64,000 nucleotides of DNA, taken from assembly GCA_963849425.1 (NCBI GenBank), contig CAWKHK010000006.1, forward strand, positions 1,587,655-1,651,654, written 5' to 3'. The notes beneath the pieces are model-generated. The model searched no databases and was not told the DNA's origin. It saw only the letters and a list, made by a program, of their open reading frames with translations. Numbering within the stretch: the stretch's first letter is position 1; the number at the start of each line of letters is the position of its first letter. Both the position numbers and the translations under genes were made by a program. Shown here one piece after another: positions 61,059 through 64,000 of the stretch. Origin of the DNA: an uncultured Solirubrobacteraceae bacterium. GTDB lineage: Bacteria; Actinomycetota; Thermoleophilia; Solirubrobacterales; Solirubrobacteraceae.

Positions 61059-62105
61059 TCAGGCACTGTCGCTGGCATCCGCGAGCAACTCCAGTACCGC
61101 CTTCTCGACGCGAGCACGGACTCTCGCTTTGCCAAGATCCGGGCCAGCGCGACCGATTGCCTCAGCGATCGTCACCCCAGCCTGAAAACGGTCGATCACC
61201 CTCGGGTCCACATATGACGCACGACACACCGCGGGCGTATTACCCAAATACGCGGCATCCGTCTTGATCGCCTGTTTGACCTCCCGCTCACGCGCGGCTT
61301 TTCCTTTCACCTCCGCTGCGCCTGCCAGCGCGACCGCTGCGAGCACCGTCGCGTTCCAGGTACGAAAGTCCTTGGCGGTGAACTCCCCACCCAAGCACTG
61401 CTTCAGGTAGGCGTTCACCTCCTCGGCGGTCAGGTCCCTCCAGCCGTTGCTCGCGCGGTAGGCCAGCAGCTGCGAGCCGGTGCGCCGCCGCTTGAGGGCC
61501 CCGACCATCACCAGCGCCTCGGGGTCGGCGATCGCCTGCACCCGCCGCTGCCCGGACTTCGCCGGGAAATCGAAGATCACCTCACGCTCCTCGACGGTCA
61601 CGTGCTCGCGCAGCATCGTCGTCAACCCATAGGACTCGTTGCGCTCCGCGTAGTCCTCAGAGCCGATACGGAAGAACCCCAGATCAAGCAGCCGGACCGC
61701 CAACGCCAACACCCGCTGCTCGGTCAACTGCCCACCCGCGACCTGCCGCTCGCCGTTGGGGAGCTGCAGGTCGCGAGCCACACGACGACGCAGCCGTGGT
61801 AGCGCCGCACCGAAGGCGATCATCGAGTCGAACTTGCGTCGGTCGCGGTGAGCCCGCCAACGCTCGTGGTAGAGGTACTGCTTGCGGCCCGCGGCGTCGA
61901 CCCCGGTAGCTTGCAGGTGCCCAAGCGGGTCCATGCACACCCACACCTCCCGCCACGCCGGGGGGATCACGAGCTCCGCGATCCGCTCCAGCACCTCGGG
62001 ATCGTCGACACGCCTTCCGTCGGGGTCGAGGTACTCAAAGCCACGGCTGCGTCGCCGGCGCACAATGCCCGGCGCCGCACAGTTACTACGCCTCAAGCGT
62101 GCGAT
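61059..62105 (-). CDS. DNA topoisomerase IB (bacterial, poxvirus-like)
   Basis: IPPAW, DAAGRKQYLYH, FRIG, KS, KDFRTW, LGNTPAVCRASY; start is ATC 62105 or TTG 62096. Confidence 0.92.
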   Translation of the reverse strand: MARLRRSNCAAPGIVRRRRSRGFEYLDPDGRRVDDPEVLERIAELVIPPAWREVWVCMDPLGHLQATGVDAAGRKQYLYHERWRAHRDRRKFDSMIAFGAALPRLRRRVARDLQLPNGERQVAGGQLTEQRVLALAVRLLDLGFFRIGSEDYAERNESYGLTTMLREHVTVEEREVIFDFPAKSGQRRVQAIADPEALVMVGALKRRRTGSQLLAYRASNGWRDLTAEEVNAYLKQCLGGEFTAKDFRTWNATVLAAVALAGAAEVKGKAAREREVKQAIKTDAAYLGNTPAVCRASYVDPRVIDRFQAGVTIAEAIGRAGPDLGKARVRARVEKAVLELLADASDSA

Positions 62106-62132
62106 CTCACCCCTCCAAACATCATCCCGGCC

Positions 62133-62218
62133 ATACCCGGTGCTCTATGAATACAACCACCACAGCCGCGGGCAGCCCGGCCCAGCTCCACGCGATTCGC
62201 GCCGGCACGATCGGGTAG
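62133..62218. promoter_or_regulatory. Back-to-back SigB/SigF-type promoters
   Basis: Minus: GGTT-N16-GGGTAT (62158-62133); plus: GATT-N15-GGGTAG (62194-62218). Confidence 0.6.
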
Positions 62219-62274
62219 CTCTCAAAGGCAGCCTCGATCGCCTCGATCCGGGCGCGTAGGAAAGGATTAGTGAG

Positions 62275-62403
62275 ATGGCCACCGACGCGCTATGGCGAAT
62301 CGCGTTGCGGCTCCTGCACCCAGCCAAACCCACGAGCTTGCACCTCGAGCTGATGAGCAACGAGGACCTCGACCACTGGCTCGAGGAACGCCACTCGACC
62401 TGA
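62275..62403 (+). CDS. Small 42-aa ORF
   Basis: AGGAAAGGA RBS and upstream stress promoter; MATDALWRIALRLLHP... Confidence 0.45.
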   Translation: MATDALWRIALRLLHPAKPTSLHLELMSNEDLDHWLEERHST

Positions 62404-62450
62404 CCCACCGCACCAGTCGGCCTTCCGCCCAACCGTGGCGCTTCCCCGCC

Positions 62451-62476
62451 GGTTGCATCCGGCCGCGACGGGGTAA
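62451..62476 (+). promoter_or_regulatory. SigB/SigF-type promoter
   Basis: GGTT-N16-GGGTAA upstream of the ferritin-like gene. Confidence 0.6.
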
Positions 62477-62512
62477 GCGACTACCGAAACCAGTCAGCAA
62501 CCGGAGGCCGCC

Positions 62513-63016
62513 ATGTCAGCAACAAAGAGCAGCAACGGCATTCTCGCCGAGGACGCCCGTGAGGAGCGCGAGCGGATCGTGGAGATGCTCACCAAGGCGT
62601 ACTGGATGGAGATCGAGACCGTGATGAGCTACCTCGCCGGTTCGGTGAACCCCGACGGCGTGCGCGCCCAGGAGATCATCAAGTCCCTGCGCGAGGACAT
62701 CCAAGAGGAGCTCGGGCACGCCACCCAGTTCGCCAACCGCATCAAGGAGCTCTACGGGATCGTCCCCGGCTCGATGGACTTCGCAGCCGAACAGTCCTAC
62801 CTGCAGCCGCCCGAGCATCAAACGGACATCGTGCACGTCATCAACGGCGTGATCGAGGCAGAGACCGGCGCGATCGACTTCTACAACGAGATCATCGAGG
62901 CGACCGAGGAGACCGATCCCGTCACCAACGACATGGTGATCGCGATCCTCCACGACGAGGAGGGCCACCGCCGCCTGTTCGAGGGGTTCCTGCGCGAGTA
63001 CCAAGACCAGTCGTGA
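62513..63016 (+). CDS. Ferritin-like di-iron protein (bacterioferritin/rubrerythrin-like)
   Basis: EIETVMSY, EELGH, E..AIDFY, DEEGH. Confidence 0.85.
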   Translation: MSATKSSNGILAEDAREERERIVEMLTKAYWMEIETVMSYLAGSVNPDGVRAQEIIKSLREDIQEELGHATQFANRIKELYGIVPGSMDFAAEQSYLQPPEHQTDIVHVINGVIEAETGAIDFYNEIIEATEETDPVTNDMVIAILHDEEGHRRLFEGFLREYQDQS

Positions 63017-63684
63017 GCAGCACGACTGCCACTGGCCTGGCCACCACAGATGAGAGCGCCCAGGCACAGCCACGACACGCCCTGAGCTTCACCTTCGACG
63101 ATGGCCCCGACGAGACGTGGACGCCGCGCGTGCTGGAGCAGCTCGCCCGCTGCGAAGTCACGGCGACGTTCTTCATGGTTGGCGAACGAGTACGCGCCCA
63201 TCCCGACCTCGCCCGCACAGTGCTGGCCGCCGGCCACGAGATCCAGCTGCACTGTGACCGCCACATCCGCCACACCGCGCTCACCGAAGCAGAGCTACAG
63301 CTCGACACCGAAATGGCGCTTGACGCCCTAGCCACAGTGGACGTGCGCCCGCAGCTCTGGCGGGCACCGTGGGGAATCTGCACCGACGCGAGCGTTCGAG
63401 TAGCCACACAGGTCGGCCTGCAGCTCGTGAGCTGGTCGATCGACACGCACGACTGGCGCGGCGATCATCCACAGCATATGCTCGCCGACGCCCAAGGCCA
63501 GCTCGCCGACGGCGGGGCAGTGTTGATGCACGACGCAATCGGGCCCGGAGCACTACGTGCCGGCTGCCAGAACACCATTGCGCTGCTACCAGCGCTCGCC
63601 GCTGCCGCCCGCGCCGACGGTCTCGCGCTCGTCCCGATGCAACACCCAGCGATCAGCCCGCCAGCGATCGAGGTGCCAGCGTGA
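63013..63684 (+). CDS. Polysaccharide deacetylase (NodB/CE4)
   Basis: TFDDGP, HCDRH, RAPWG, DW, LMHD. Confidence 0.9.
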   Translation: MSSTTATGLATTDESAQAQPRHALSFTFDDGPDETWTPRVLEQLARCEVTATFFMVGERVRAHPDLARTVLAAGHEIQLHCDRHIRHTALTEAELQLDTEMALDALATVDVRPQLWRAPWGICTDASVRVATQVGLQLVSWSIDTHDWRGDHPQHMLADAQGQLADGGAVLMHDAIGPGALRAGCQNTIALLPALAAAARADGLALVPMQHPAISPPAIEVPA

Positions 63685-64000
63685 GCGTCCAACAGCTACC
63701 CCCGCGAGCCTCCACCGCACGACTCAAGGACGCGCTCGCGCGCATCGCCCAACGCGCCGCCGGGCTCGATCGCCAACCACGGTTCCCCACAGAGAACTTC
63801 GCCGACCTTCTCGCCGCCGGTGCACTCACACCCCCGCCCGATGGACTGGCGGGCGAAGCGCGGCTCGTGCGGGCAGTGGCCGCCGCCGACGCCTCGACCG
63901 CGCGCATCCTCGACGGACACCTCAACGGCATCGAGCGGCTGACCCTCACCGCCCCCGAGCCGCTGCGCTCCACCGAGCTCACCCAGATACAGGAAGGCGA
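63681..64000 (+). CDS. Acyl-CoA dehydrogenase-like protein, 3'-truncated by window edge
   Basis: RAAGLDRQPRFPTENFADL...ADASTARILDGHLN; GTGA overlap. Confidence 0.7.
   Translation, partial: MSVQQLPPRASTARLKDALARIAQRAAGLDRQPRFPTENFADLLAAGALTPPPDGLAGEARLVRAVAAADASTARILDGHLNGIERLTLTAPEPLRSTELTQIQEG

Overview
GC-rich actinobacterial chromosome segment; gene order and protein style suggest Thermoleophilia/Solirubrobacterales (inference). 1-14 kb is core genome: mrdA-rodA-rne/rng-rplU-rpmA-obgE-proB(frameshifted)-proA-nadD-rsfS, then accessory genes including an AlkZ-like glycosylase. At 16.9-20.2 kb, four toxin-antitoxin/Fic modules are stacked against the 3' end of tRNA-Ala(GGC). They are punctuated by ~48-bp imperfect palindromes built like large-serine-recombinase att sites, and one half-site joins the tRNA itself. 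20.3-43.4 kb is mostly core (leuS-holA, rpsT, murJ, lepA, a two-component system, envelope genes), with a candidate structured RNA before lepA. 43.4-44.2 kb holds divergent tRNA-Gly/tRNA-Pro, an SOS-box HNH relic and an integrase relic. 44.2-64 kb looks like a general-stress island with seven SigB/SigF-type promoters. It includes a qcrCAB + ctaC/ctaD operon whose oxidase keeps the heme/Cu ligands but lacks the D-channel, the K-channel lysine, the Mg site and subunit III. All alignments were made by eye; no database searches were run.
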